A DNA stretch of 21,259 nucleotides from the NCBI GenBank assembly GCA_964579265.1, contig CAZOFO010000011.1, forward strand, positions 1 through 21,259. The letters run 5' to 3'. This DNA comes from Candidatus Micrarchaeota archaeon (lineage in GTDB: Archaea > B1Sed10-29). Below are positions 1 to 7,908 of this stretch, in pieces. The number at the start of each line of letters is the position of its first letter. Position 1 is the stretch's first letter. The notes under the pieces were generated by a model. That model did no database searches. It was not told the origin of the DNA and was given only the letters and a program-made list of their open reading frames with translations. The translations under genes were made by a program, and so were the position numbers.

Positions 1-113
1 CGAAGGACGCTGGTATAGAGGACTGGGCAAAGGAATGGGGAATCAGGTACCTATCTGCGGAAGCGTTCCCATCACTGGTAAGAGAACATCTGGAGAGGAA
101 TGAAGAGGATTAG
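1..113 (+). CDS. 3' end (partial) of RNA-free RNase P, HARP family (Aq880/UPF0278, also called RNA ligase partner, MJ0950-like)
   Basis: Not in the ORF track. Frame starting at nt 3 reads KDAGIEDWAKEWGIRYLSAEAFPSLVREHLERNEED, stop TAG 111-113. This matches the HARP C-terminal pattern SADEG(I/L)xxWAxxxG(I/L)x(F/L/Y)xxxxxFxx(I/L), including the last metal-binding Asp. Only 36 residues are visible. Confidence 0.75.
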   Translation, partial: KDAGIEDWAKEWGIRYLSAEAFPSLVREHLERNEED

Positions 114-125
114 AGGGTAAGGAAG

Positions 126-335
126 ATGGAATGTGAATACGACCCAGAATCGGACGCCCTAATGATAATTTTCAAAGATGAAGACCCTGAATTCGGTGAA
201 CAATCAGGCCCGATCATAAATCACTATAATGAAGATGAAGAGCTCGTTGAAGTAGAGATACTGGACGCGAGTGAAACAGTTCTAGATTTTCTGGAACCGA
301 TTCTCTCCAGCAAGAGAAAGAAAATTAAAACTTAG
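126..335 (+). CDS. DUF2283 domain small protein
   Basis: 69 aa with the family pattern xYDPESDALxIxF...G.I(I)xxYnxxxxLVxVEILDAS. Confidence 0.8.
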   Translation: MECEYDPESDALMIIFKDEDPEFGEQSGPIINHYNEDEELVEVEILDASETVLDFLEPILSSKRKKIKT

Positions 336-927
336 TAGAATCCGAGTTTAGAAACCTTATTACATCTCTCCTAGAAACCGGTCCTTCTCTAAATATCTTT
401 AATTCTCCGTCTTCAATCTTTACTAAGGTAGATGGGTCCGTTTTCTCAAGCTTTCCTGAATCGATTATAACGTCAGCTTTCTCCTTTACTTTCTCAGGGA
501 TTTCACTGATTCTGTAGGGATTCTCTCCTCCTGATAAATTAGCCGAAGTCGAGACTAAGGGAGCATCCATCAATCCAGGTAGTTTTTGAGCTGTTTTGTT
601 AGGAGATATTCTGAATGCGAAGTCTTTGTTGAGTGTATCAGGGATTTTTTCATTTTTCTCCGCTATGAGGGTGAGTGGACCTGGCATGAATTCTCTGCAT
701 ATTTTTATTTCTTTTTCTGTTAATTTGCAGTATTTCTGAGCTTGTTCAATTGAAGAAACGAGGCAGGACATCTTCTTTTCTCTGGATCTGTTCTTTATTT
801 CGTATATTTTTTTAACTGATTCTTCGTTCAGTGCATTTGTTCCAAGTCCGTAGCAGGTTTCGGTTGGGTAGATGATTATTTTTCCTTTTTTTAAGGATTC
901 CGCGGTCCTGGGCATTGGGGTGTTCAT
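325..927 (-). CDS. sua5: L-threonylcarbamoyladenylate synthase (YrdC/Sua5/TsaC, single domain)
   Basis: YPTETCYGLG, IKNR, PGPLTLI, FRIS, STSANLSG and PSTLV motifs. Confidence 0.95.
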   Translation of the reverse strand: MNTPMPRTAESLKKGKIIIYPTETCYGLGTNALNEESVKKIYEIKNRSREKKMSCLVSSIEQAQKYCKLTEKEIKICREFMPGPLTLIAEKNEKIPDTLNKDFAFRISPNKTAQKLPGLMDAPLVSTSANLSGGENPYRISEIPEKVKEKADVIIDSGKLEKTDPSTLVKIEDGELKIFREGPVSRRDVIRFLNSDSTKF

Positions 928-942
928 TTTTTCACTTTTTAT

Positions 943-2499
943 TTACCCTACTTTGAATTTCTTTACATTTGGTTTTTTCTCGGTGGTGTATTCATCGAGT
1001 ATTACTTTTTCCATTTCGAGTGGTTCTCTTTTTCTGTATTCTTTCAGGGCAGATTCTAGTTTTCTTTCGGATTCAGCGTATATGGTCATTAGTTTGTTTC
1101 CTTTTTTTATGTTGTCTCCTTTTTCCACTTCAAGGTAGATTCCTGCTCCTTTGTCTTTTGGGGCTCCTGCTATTTTACCTATTTCCGCTATGTCATTAGT
1201 GTGCAGGTACTGTATTCTACCTTCTTTGTCCGCGGTTATTTCTTTTGAGTGTTCTCCTATTTCTATATCTTCTGGTTTTATATCTGGGTTTCCGCCTTGT
1301 GCTTCTATTATTTCTTTCATTTTTTCTTTAGCTTTTCCTGATTCTAGTATTTTCTTTGCTTCTTGGTATCCTTCTCCTTTTTTTACTTTTCCTCCTATTT
1401 CTAGGGCTAATCCGGACATTCTGAGTGATTTTTCTTTCAGGTCTTTTGACACGTTTTCTCCTTCAAGTATTTTCAGTGTTTCCCTTGCTTCTAGTGCCGG
1501 TCCTACTGCTGATCCTACTGGATCGTATCCAGGGGTTATTATGCAGTGTATCTCCATGTTCAGTTTTGTTCCGAGTGACATGAAGTCTTCTGCTAGTTCT
1601 TCGGCTTTTTCTCTGTTTTCTACTTTTGCGCCTTTCCCTATTGGTATGTCTATCAGTACGTGTGTTGCTCCTGCTGCTTTTTTCTTTCCAAGTATTGATC
1701 CAAGTAGAACTCCTTTTGGATCTATGTCAAGTGGGTCACGTACTCTTATAAGTTTATCGTCTGCTGATGCCAGGTCTATTGCTCCTCCCCATATTATGCA
1801 TCCGTTTACATCGTTAATTATTTTATTTATTTTTTTAATAGGATGTGTGACTGGTGCCAGTACTTCCATTGCATCGGCTGTTCCTGCTGGACTTGTTATT
1901 GATCTTGAACTTGCTTTAGGTATCTTCAAACCTGAAGCTGCTATTATAGGTACTATGAGCATTGTTGTTCTATTTCCAGGTACTCCTCCTATGCAGTGTT
2001 TGTCCACCACTTTCCTTGATTTTGGTTTTATTGTTTCTCCTGTATTAACTATTGCTTTTGTAAAATCTATTGATTCTTTTTCAGTCATTCCTCTTGTGTA
2101 GAGACTTGTTATGTATGCTGTCATTTCTATGTCGCTTAGTTTGTCTTTTACCACGTCTTCTATTATTTGGTTGGTTTCTTTTTCTTCAAGTTCTTTTCCT
2201 CTGAGTTTTTTCTTTATGTATTCAATTGATCTTGGTTTATCTATCGGTATCAGGTTTATTTGTTCTCCTTCTTCTATATCTAGTTGTTTTGTTAGGGTTG
2301 AGAATGTTCCTACTGTTCCTTTTTCAAGTTGTTGTTCGGTTAGGTCTATGATGGCGATTTCTTCTTGTCCGTCTCTGGTTACTTTGACTCTGTCCATCCC
2401 TGATAGGTTTAGTTCTTCCGCGTCTTCTTTGTGGAGTACAACTGCGTTTTTTTCTCCGGAGGAGATGTCCATTGGTTTAGCTTTGAATTTGTATTTCAT
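943..2499 (-). CDS. AMP phosphorylase (NMP phosphorylase of the pentose bisphosphate pathway)
   Basis: Thymidine-phosphorylase fold with the archaeal AMPpase N-terminal extension (VVLHKEDAEEL..DRVKV), DKHCIGGVPGNRTT, PKASSRSITSPAGTAD and AGAPKDKGAGI. Start moved from the track's 2511 to ATG 2499, which has an AGGTGA RBS upstream. Confidence 0.93.
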   Translation of the reverse strand: MKYKFKAKPMDISSGEKNAVVLHKEDAEELNLSGMDRVKVTRDGQEEIAIIDLTEQQLEKGTVGTFSTLTKQLDIEEGEQINLIPIDKPRSIEYIKKKLRGKELEEKETNQIIEDVVKDKLSDIEMTAYITSLYTRGMTEKESIDFTKAIVNTGETIKPKSRKVVDKHCIGGVPGNRTTMLIVPIIAASGLKIPKASSRSITSPAGTADAMEVLAPVTHPIKKINKIINDVNGCIIWGGAIDLASADDKLIRVRDPLDIDPKGVLLGSILGKKKAAGATHVLIDIPIGKGAKVENREKAEELAEDFMSLGTKLNMEIHCIITPGYDPVGSAVGPALEARETLKILEGENVSKDLKEKSLRMSGLALEIGGKVKKGEGYQEAKKILESGKAKEKMKEIIEAQGGNPDIKPEDIEIGEHSKEITADKEGRIQYLHTNDIAEIGKIAGAPKDKGAGIYLEVEKGDNIKKGNKLMTIYAESERKLESALKEYRKREPLEMEKVILDEYTTEKKPNVKKFKVG

Positions 2500-2839
2500 C
2501 GGGTTCTTCACCTTTTCTTATTTCTTTATCCAGGTCTATTTCTTTTTCTTTCTCTATTAATTTGTTCAGGCATTGTCTGCCTTTCATGCTGGTGTCTATC
2601 TCTAGTTCTCTTGCTTTTTTTGACACGTAGCTCGGTTTTTTCTCGAGCATTTCCCCGAAGTTCTTTACTCCTGATATCACTACTGCTCTGTCTTTGAGTT
2701 TTTCTATTGTATCTGGATCGAAGTAACCGCAGGCCAGGTAACCTAGATCCGCTTCTATAAGTATGAAGCACGCGTTTTCCAGTTCTATTTTGTAGCCAAG
2801 TGCGGCTCCGTTTTCAACTTCGATTATTTCCCTATGCAT
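2477..2839 (-). CDS. YunC/DUF1805 family protein
   Basis: GYxIEL..A.FILI.A..GYLACGYFD...V.SGVKNFGEML...VSKKARELEI...MKG.Q.L pattern. Its 3' end overlaps the AMP phosphorylase start. Confidence 0.85.
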   Translation of the reverse strand: MHREIIEVENGAALGYKIELENACFILIEADLGYLACGYFDPDTIEKLKDRAVVISGVKNFGEMLEKKPSYVSKKARELEIDTSMKGRQCLNKLIEKEKEIDLDKEIRKGEEPDEIQIQS

Positions 2840-2889
2840 CTATATCTATCTCCCTTTATCTATTATCTAGTTACTGGTTATTTATCTTT

Positions 2890-3807
2890 TTATTCCTCGA
2901 ATATCCAGGGGTATTTTCTTCTGGCATTGTCTATAGCGTTGAATGGATGTATTATTCCGTGTTCGGTTACCATCGAGTTTATGTATTTTGGTGGTGTGGC
3001 ATCGAATGCCGGGTTCCTTATTTTTACTCCGTCTGGTGGGTTCTTCCAAACTTCTTCTGGATTTCTTTCTTCCACTTCTTCTCTTTTCCCTTCAAGTGTC
3101 TCTGGAGCTATTTTTAGTAGCTGTGTGGCTACTAGGAAGCTTTTTCCTTTCATTACATTTGCTGATAGTGCTAATTCATGTGTTCCTATTTTGTTGAATA
3201 GGTAGCTGTCGCTCGTTATCACGTCCGCGCCAACCATTGCTAGATCTGCTTCTTCGAGCATTTCTATTTTTGCGGAGTCAACGCATACAGTGACGTCTAC
3301 GCCTTTTTCTGCTAGTTTTTTCGCTGTTGTTCTTCCCTGATACTTTGGCCTTGTTTCTGGAGCTATCACTTTTTCTATTTTTCCTTTTTCGTCCGCTTTT
3401 GTTATGATTTTTTCCACAAGGCTGGAGTGGCAGTGTGTCATTATACTTGTTTCTTCTGGAAGGTATTTTGCTCCTTTCTTGGTTATTTCCTTCACTGAGT
3501 CCTGGACCATTTCTTCGAATTCTTTTACTGCTCTCTCCGTTTCCTTTCCTTCTCCGTGTTTTGATTTGATGTATCTTAATCCGTTTCTCATCATTGGTTC
3601 GGTTGGTCTTGATCTTTTCAATAGCTCGATGGATTTCTTTAGTTTCTGTTTTTCTTCAATTTTTTTGAGTGATCTTGCTGCTTCTAGAGCAACGTCCGTA
3701 GCTCCTTGTATGTTCAGTTTCTTTATTTCTTCGTAGGTTTTTTTCACCTGTTCCGGGGCGTCTTTCTTTAATTCTTCAATCTTTTTTTCCGAATTCATTT
3801 TTTTCAT
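2890..3807 (-). CDS. Ribose-1,5-bisphosphate isomerase (eIF2B-related family)
   Basis: IQGA, RPTEP, catalytic-Cys motif MTHCHSS, ETRPKYQG, catalytic-Asp motif VGADVI, NKIGT and NPAFDATP. Next to AMP phosphorylase. Start is 3807 or 3798. Confidence 0.9.
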   Translation of the reverse strand: MKKMNSEKKIEELKKDAPEQVKKTYEEIKKLNIQGATDVALEAARSLKKIEEKQKLKKSIELLKRSRPTEPMMRNGLRYIKSKHGEGKETERAVKEFEEMVQDSVKEITKKGAKYLPEETSIMTHCHSSLVEKIITKADEKGKIEKVIAPETRPKYQGRTTAKKLAEKGVDVTVCVDSAKIEMLEEADLAMVGADVITSDSYLFNKIGTHELALSANVMKGKSFLVATQLLKIAPETLEGKREEVEERNPEEVWKNPPDGVKIRNPAFDATPPKYINSMVTEHGIIHPFNAIDNARRKYPWIFEE

Positions 3808-4922
3808 CACCTTCTTTTTTGGTCTTTCACGTACCCGGTTTCTTTAGCTATCTTGACCATTTTGTTCATGTCTGAGTAGTATATTACTCCTAGCACCATT
3901 CCTCTTTTCATTATGGGTACGGTCTGCACGCCTTTTTCAAGCATGTATCTGTGTATGTCTTCGAGCTTGTCGTTCTTGGTGAATTTTTTAACTGGTTTTT
4001 TAACTTCTTTCACTTTTGTGGTTGGCCATTTCTCTCTGTCTATCTTTTTTATTTTCTCGGTGTCCGCTATGTGTGGTTCTCCGTTAAGTATAAGTAGGTT
4101 TGTTCTCTGCATGGAAACTGTTCTTTCCATTGCTCTTTCTATTGTTTCTTCTTCGTTTGCTGCTGGGAAAGCCATTGTTAATACGTCTTTCACTTTCATT
4201 TGAGATAGTATTGTCCTTGTTACTAGTCCTTTGTATTCTGAAGATGCTCCTAGTCCGATGAAGGCTGCTATGATCATTATCCATAGTCCACCGCCAGCAC
4301 CTGTCAGCATACCGGTTAATCCGATCAGGAAAAGAAATGAAGCGATGAGGTAACCTAGGTACTTAGCCATCTTAGTAGCTTTAAGGTAAGGGTAACGGAA
4401 AGCAAGCAATGCCCTGAAAACCCTACCCCCGTCCAGAGGGAAAGCAGGTACGAATAGATTGAATATGCCCAGGATCAAATTAGCATAAAAGGAGTAGAAA
4501 ACGAGCAGATGGATTATAGATAAAGAGAATGTCTCGGGGTCACTGATGAAAACACTCAACCATTCAATCAAAGGAAAACCGGCGAAGTAACTGAGAACAA
4601 AGAAGAATCCAGCCATAGTGAAATTGAAAGCAGGACCCGCTATAGCCATTTTGAACTCCAACCAAGGACTCATATCCGTGGTATCCATCATGGCGACTCC
4701 TCCAATAGGGAGGAGAACAATCTTATTTACCTCAACATCATTCCTCAAAGAAACCAAGGAATGACAAATCTCATGAGCAGTAACAAACACAAATAAGATA
4801 ACCAGTATCATGAAAAACATAGGATCAAGCAAAAGTATAGCGAAAATAAAGAGTAAGAAAGACCAATGAAGCTCAACATCTATCCCGAACACGGAAAATA
4901 TTTTATAAGATGACAACTCCAT
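3807..4922 (-). CDS. Site-2 protease (peptidase M50) with C-terminal CBS domains
   Basis: FGIDVELHWSF, HEICH zinc motif, LLPIGGVA, AIAGP, NLFVPAFPLDGGR, then CBS-like VKDVLT...VPIM.RG.VLGVI. Start moved from the track's 5015 to ATG 4922 (TGGAGG upstream). Confidence 0.92.
   Translation of the reverse strand: MELSSYKIFSVFGIDVELHWSFLLFIFAILLLDPMFFMILVILFVFVTAHEICHSLVSLRNDVEVNKIVLLPIGGVAMMDTTDMSPWLEFKMAIAGPAFNFTMAGFFFVLSYFAGFPLIEWLSVFISDPETFSLSIIHLLVFYSFYANLILGIFNLFVPAFPLDGGRVFRALLAFRYPYLKATKMAKYLGYLIASFLFLIGLTGMLTGAGGGLWIMIIAAFIGLGASSEYKGLVTRTILSQMKVKDVLTMAFPAANEEETIERAMERTVSMQRTNLLILNGEPHIADTEKIKKIDREKWPTTKVKEVKKPVKKFTKNDKLEDIHRYMLEKGVQTVPIMKRGMVLGVIYYSDMNKMVKIAKETGYVKDQKRR
4891..4908 (+). 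promoter_or_regulatory. Candidate BRE/TATA for the zinc finger-RNA ligase transcript, lying inside the M50 coding sequence
   Basis: ACGGAAAATA-TTTTATAA, 43-52 nt upstream of ATG 4951/4960. Confidence 0.4.
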
Positions 4923-4950
4923 TTTAAACAGATCCTCCATTAATTTGAAG

Positions 4951-5106
4951 ATGATTCCAATGAACGGAACCAGCCTTTGTGATATATGTAATAGACCCTC
5001 GAACAATTTAAACACTTGCCAAACATGCGGGTCAAAAGTCTGTCCAAAACACTACAACGAGAAAAAAAGAATATGCACATCATGCGAAAAAGGAGTACAG
5101 ATCTAA
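4951..5106 (+). CDS. Small two-zinc finger protein (48-51 aa)
   Basis: Below the ORF-track cutoff. MIPMNGTSLCDICNRPSNNLNTCQTCGSKVCPKHYNEKKRICTSCEKGVQI; pattern C-x2-C-x9-C-x2-C-x4-C-x2-H-x7-C-x2-C. Alternative start at 4960. Confidence 0.8.
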   Translation: MIPMNGTSLCDICNRPSNNLNTCQTCGSKVCPKHYNEKKRICTSCEKGVQI

Positions 5107-5162
5107 ATCAGGAAAAAACCCAAAAAAGATAAACAGAAAAACCAATTAAAAAACCGAGAAAA

Positions 5163-6362
5163 ATGAAGGAAAAATACCCGTCACCACTAGACAGAGAAAA
5201 AATCAGAAGAAGAGTAGAGAAAGAACTAAACCTAGAAAAAGGAAAAATAGCCAAATACCTGGACTCAGGCACAGTACAATTCATAGAGGACTACCCACCA
5301 TACATAAGATTCAGAAGAGTAACCTCCAACGTGGAAAAAGGAACCAACGTATTCTTCAAAGACAAAGACAAAGTAGAAAAAGGAAAAGAAACCGGAATAG
5401 ATATAGAAATAATAAGAGGATATCCAAAAACAAGAAGAATACTCATGCTCGAAAGAGGAATGAAAAAACACTTCAACTCAAAAATATACATTGAAGAAAA
5501 ACTCAACGGTTACAACGTCAGGATAGCAGAAGTCTTCGGAGAGATAAAAGCACTAACAAGAGGAGGACTAGACTGCCCCTACACAAACGAAAGAATAGAT
5601 AGAGACAAATACGAAGAATTCTTCTCAGAAAACCCTGAAATGATGCTCTGCGGAGAAGTAATAGGACAGAACAACCCCTACGTCGAAAAAAGATACCCCG
5701 AGGAAAAGGAATTCGGTTACTTCGCATTCGATATCAGAGACAAGAAAACAAACGTCCCAATAGGAGTGCCCGAGAAGAAAGAGACACTGGAAAAATACGG
5801 GATAAACAAAGTGAGAGAAATAGGACAATTCCAGCCGGACGAAGGGAAAAAAATACTGGAAAAAGTCAGAAAAATGGGTAAAGAAGGTAGAGAAGGAATA
5901 GTTCTGAAAACAAGAAGCATGGACAAACAGATGAAGTACACCGCGAACCAATCCAGCAACACAGAACTAGAGTACGCATTCAAATTCTGGAACAACTACG
6001 GAAAACCATTCATGTTCAGAAGAATAATAAGACAAGGATTCCAAGCACACGAAGCAGGCCTAAAAGGAGAAGAACTCGAAAAAGAAGCTGAAGAACTGGG
6101 AAAAAGCATACTCATCCCACTCGTGGAAACAATAAGAAACATAGAAAAAGGTGGAGAAGCAGAAGAAGAATTCACACTTAATCTACCGAGCAGAGAATTC
6201 GCAGAAGCCTACAAAAACTACCTCAGAAACATAGGAATAGACGTAAAAATAAAAGAAATAAAAGAAACAGAACAAGGAATAGAAGTAAAAATGACAAGAA
6301 AACACCAAGCTACCACTGATAAAACCAAACACTATTTAGAAGGAAACAAATCAACAGAATAA
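5163..6362 (+). CDS. ATP-dependent RNA ligase, archaeal Rnl3 (Pab1020/MthRnl) family
   Basis: Nucleotidyltransferase motifs I EEKLNGYNVR, Ia TRGG, III CGEVIG, IIIa FAFDIR, IV REGIVLK and V MKYT, plus the family-typical GYPK and C-terminal dimerization region. Confidence 0.92.
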   Translation: MKEKYPSPLDREKIRRRVEKELNLEKGKIAKYLDSGTVQFIEDYPPYIRFRRVTSNVEKGTNVFFKDKDKVEKGKETGIDIEIIRGYPKTRRILMLERGMKKHFNSKIYIEEKLNGYNVRIAEVFGEIKALTRGGLDCPYTNERIDRDKYEEFFSENPEMMLCGEVIGQNNPYVEKRYPEEKEFGYFAFDIRDKKTNVPIGVPEKKETLEKYGINKVREIGQFQPDEGKKILEKVRKMGKEGREGIVLKTRSMDKQMKYTANQSSNTELEYAFKFWNNYGKPFMFRRIIRQGFQAHEAGLKGEELEKEAEELGKSILIPLVETIRNIEKGGEAEEEFTLNLPSREFAEAYKNYLRNIGIDVKIKEIKETEQGIEVKMTRKHQATTDKTKHYLEGNKSTE

Positions 6363-6372
6363 AGGTGAAAAA

Positions 6373-7308
6373 ATGAAGATAGAAAAAGAACTTGAAGAAA
6401 CCGCAGAGGAAACATTAGAAAAATGCCTCGGATTAAAAAAAGACGAACAGATACTGATAATCACCGATGAATACTGTCAAGAAATAGGAGAAGCATTCTA
6501 CAAAGCCAGCGAAGAGAAAACCAATGAGACTTATCTTCTAAAAGTTAGAGAACAAGAAAAAGGAGAACTGGAAGTCCCGAAACTAGCGGAAGAACTCATG
6601 AAAAAACCCCCGGACATTGTAATAATACCAACCAGGAACTCCTACACCCACACGGAAGCCAGAGAAAAAGCAACGGAAAAAGGAGCCAGAATAGCTACAC
6701 TACCAGAAATAACAGGAGAAATCTTCAAGAGAGCAGTAAATATAGACTACAGAGAAATGAGAAAAGAAGGAGAAAAACTAGCGGAGAAAATGGAGAAAGC
6801 AAAAAAAGTAAAAATAGAAACAGGATCAGGAACCAACCTAAACCTGGAGATGAAAAACCCAATTAAAAAAGACCTAGGGAAAATCAAAGAACCAGGAACC
6901 TACGGAAACCTACCCAGCGGAGAAATATACACAGCCCCAGAAAAAACAAACGGTAAAATAGTAATAGACTCAATGCAAGGAATAGCAGAACCCAAAACAA
7001 CAGCATACATACAGGAAAACGAAGCAATAGAGATAGAAGGAGACAAAAAATTCAGGAAAAAACTAAAAGAACACAAGAAAGGAGAAAACATAGCCGAATT
7101 CGGAATAGGACTAAACCCCGAAGCCACAGTAACAGGAAACATACTAGAAGACGAAAAAGTAAAAGGAACCTGCCACATAGCCTTTGGAAAAAACAAGGAC
7201 TTCGGAGGACCCATAGACTCAAATATACACTGGGACGCAATACTATTCAAACCAACCATACACATAGACAATGAAAAGATAATGGACACAGGAAAGCTAT
7301 TGATATAA
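6373..7308 (+). CDS. Aminopeptidase, peptidase M29 (aminopeptidase T/AmpS-like)
   Basis: GNLPSGEIYTAP, IAEFGIGLNP, EDEKVKGTCHIAFG and HWD motifs; AAGGTGA RBS. Confidence 0.9.
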   Translation: MKIEKELEETAEETLEKCLGLKKDEQILIITDEYCQEIGEAFYKASEEKTNETYLLKVREQEKGELEVPKLAEELMKKPPDIVIIPTRNSYTHTEAREKATEKGARIATLPEITGEIFKRAVNIDYREMRKEGEKLAEKMEKAKKVKIETGSGTNLNLEMKNPIKKDLGKIKEPGTYGNLPSGEIYTAPEKTNGKIVIDSMQGIAEPKTTAYIQENEAIEIEGDKKFRKKLKEHKKGENIAEFGIGLNPEATVTGNILEDEKVKGTCHIAFGKNKDFGGPIDSNIHWDAILFKPTIHIDNEKIMDTGKLLI

Positions 7309-7336
7309 AAAGAAGAAACGAAGAGGAAACGGAAAA

Positions 7337-7846
7337 ATGAACGCAGTAGATCAAGCAGTACTGGAACTAATGCAAAGCATACAACACCCAGTACTAGACG
7401 AATTAATGCTCATAATAACACATGCAGTATCCTACCCAGTCCTATTACTCGTACTGATCCTATTAATCTACATGAAAAAAGAAAAAATGTCAATAAAGAT
7501 GTTCATAGGTCTTCTAATAGAAGCAACAGTAATAATCGCAATAAAGAACATAACAGCCAGACCAAGACCAACTCCAAGAGGACTGAACCCGAAAGCAGCT
7601 TTCCCCTCAGGCCACTCAAGCAGATCAACCTATCTAGCACTTCTTTTCTCGGAAAAATGGAATAAAAAAATAATATGGTTCTCCCTTGCAGCACTAGTAA
7701 TGTTCTCCAGACTATACCTACAGGTACATCACCTCACAGATATAATAGGAGGAATAGCAGTAGGATCACTCGTATACTGGCTAGTTTCAAAGTACGAACT
7801 CGATACAAGGATACAAGAAAAGATAAAGGATTATAGAAAAAACTAA
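7337..7846 (+). CDS. PAP2 family membrane phosphatase
   Basis: C1 KNITARPRP, C2 FPSGHS and C3 SRLYLQVHHLTDI, with hydrophobic helices. Confidence 0.93.
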   Translation: MNAVDQAVLELMQSIQHPVLDELMLIITHAVSYPVLLLVLILLIYMKKEKMSIKMFIGLLIEATVIIAIKNITARPRPTPRGLNPKAAFPSGHSSRSTYLALLFSEKWNKKIIWFSLAALVMFSRLYLQVHHLTDIIGGIAVGSLVYWLVSKYELDTRIQEKIKDYRKN

Positions 7847-7908
7847 AAAATTAACTAATTATTTAAATGCTGAACTACTAATGTCTATAAAACAAACAGT
7901 GATGAAAA

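Noticed and set aside
1151..2560. Long plus-strand ORFs (316 and 149 aa) opposite AMP phosphorylase, and the many similar Phe/Ser/Leu-rich antisense ORFs across the window
   Set aside because: Shadow frames of well-supported genes. The strong strand skew depletes stop codons in antisense frames, and no motifs are present.
4923..5015. N-terminal extension of the M50 ORF given in the track
   Set aside because: Family similarity begins near ATG 4922, which has an RBS, and the extension overlaps the zinc-finger gene.
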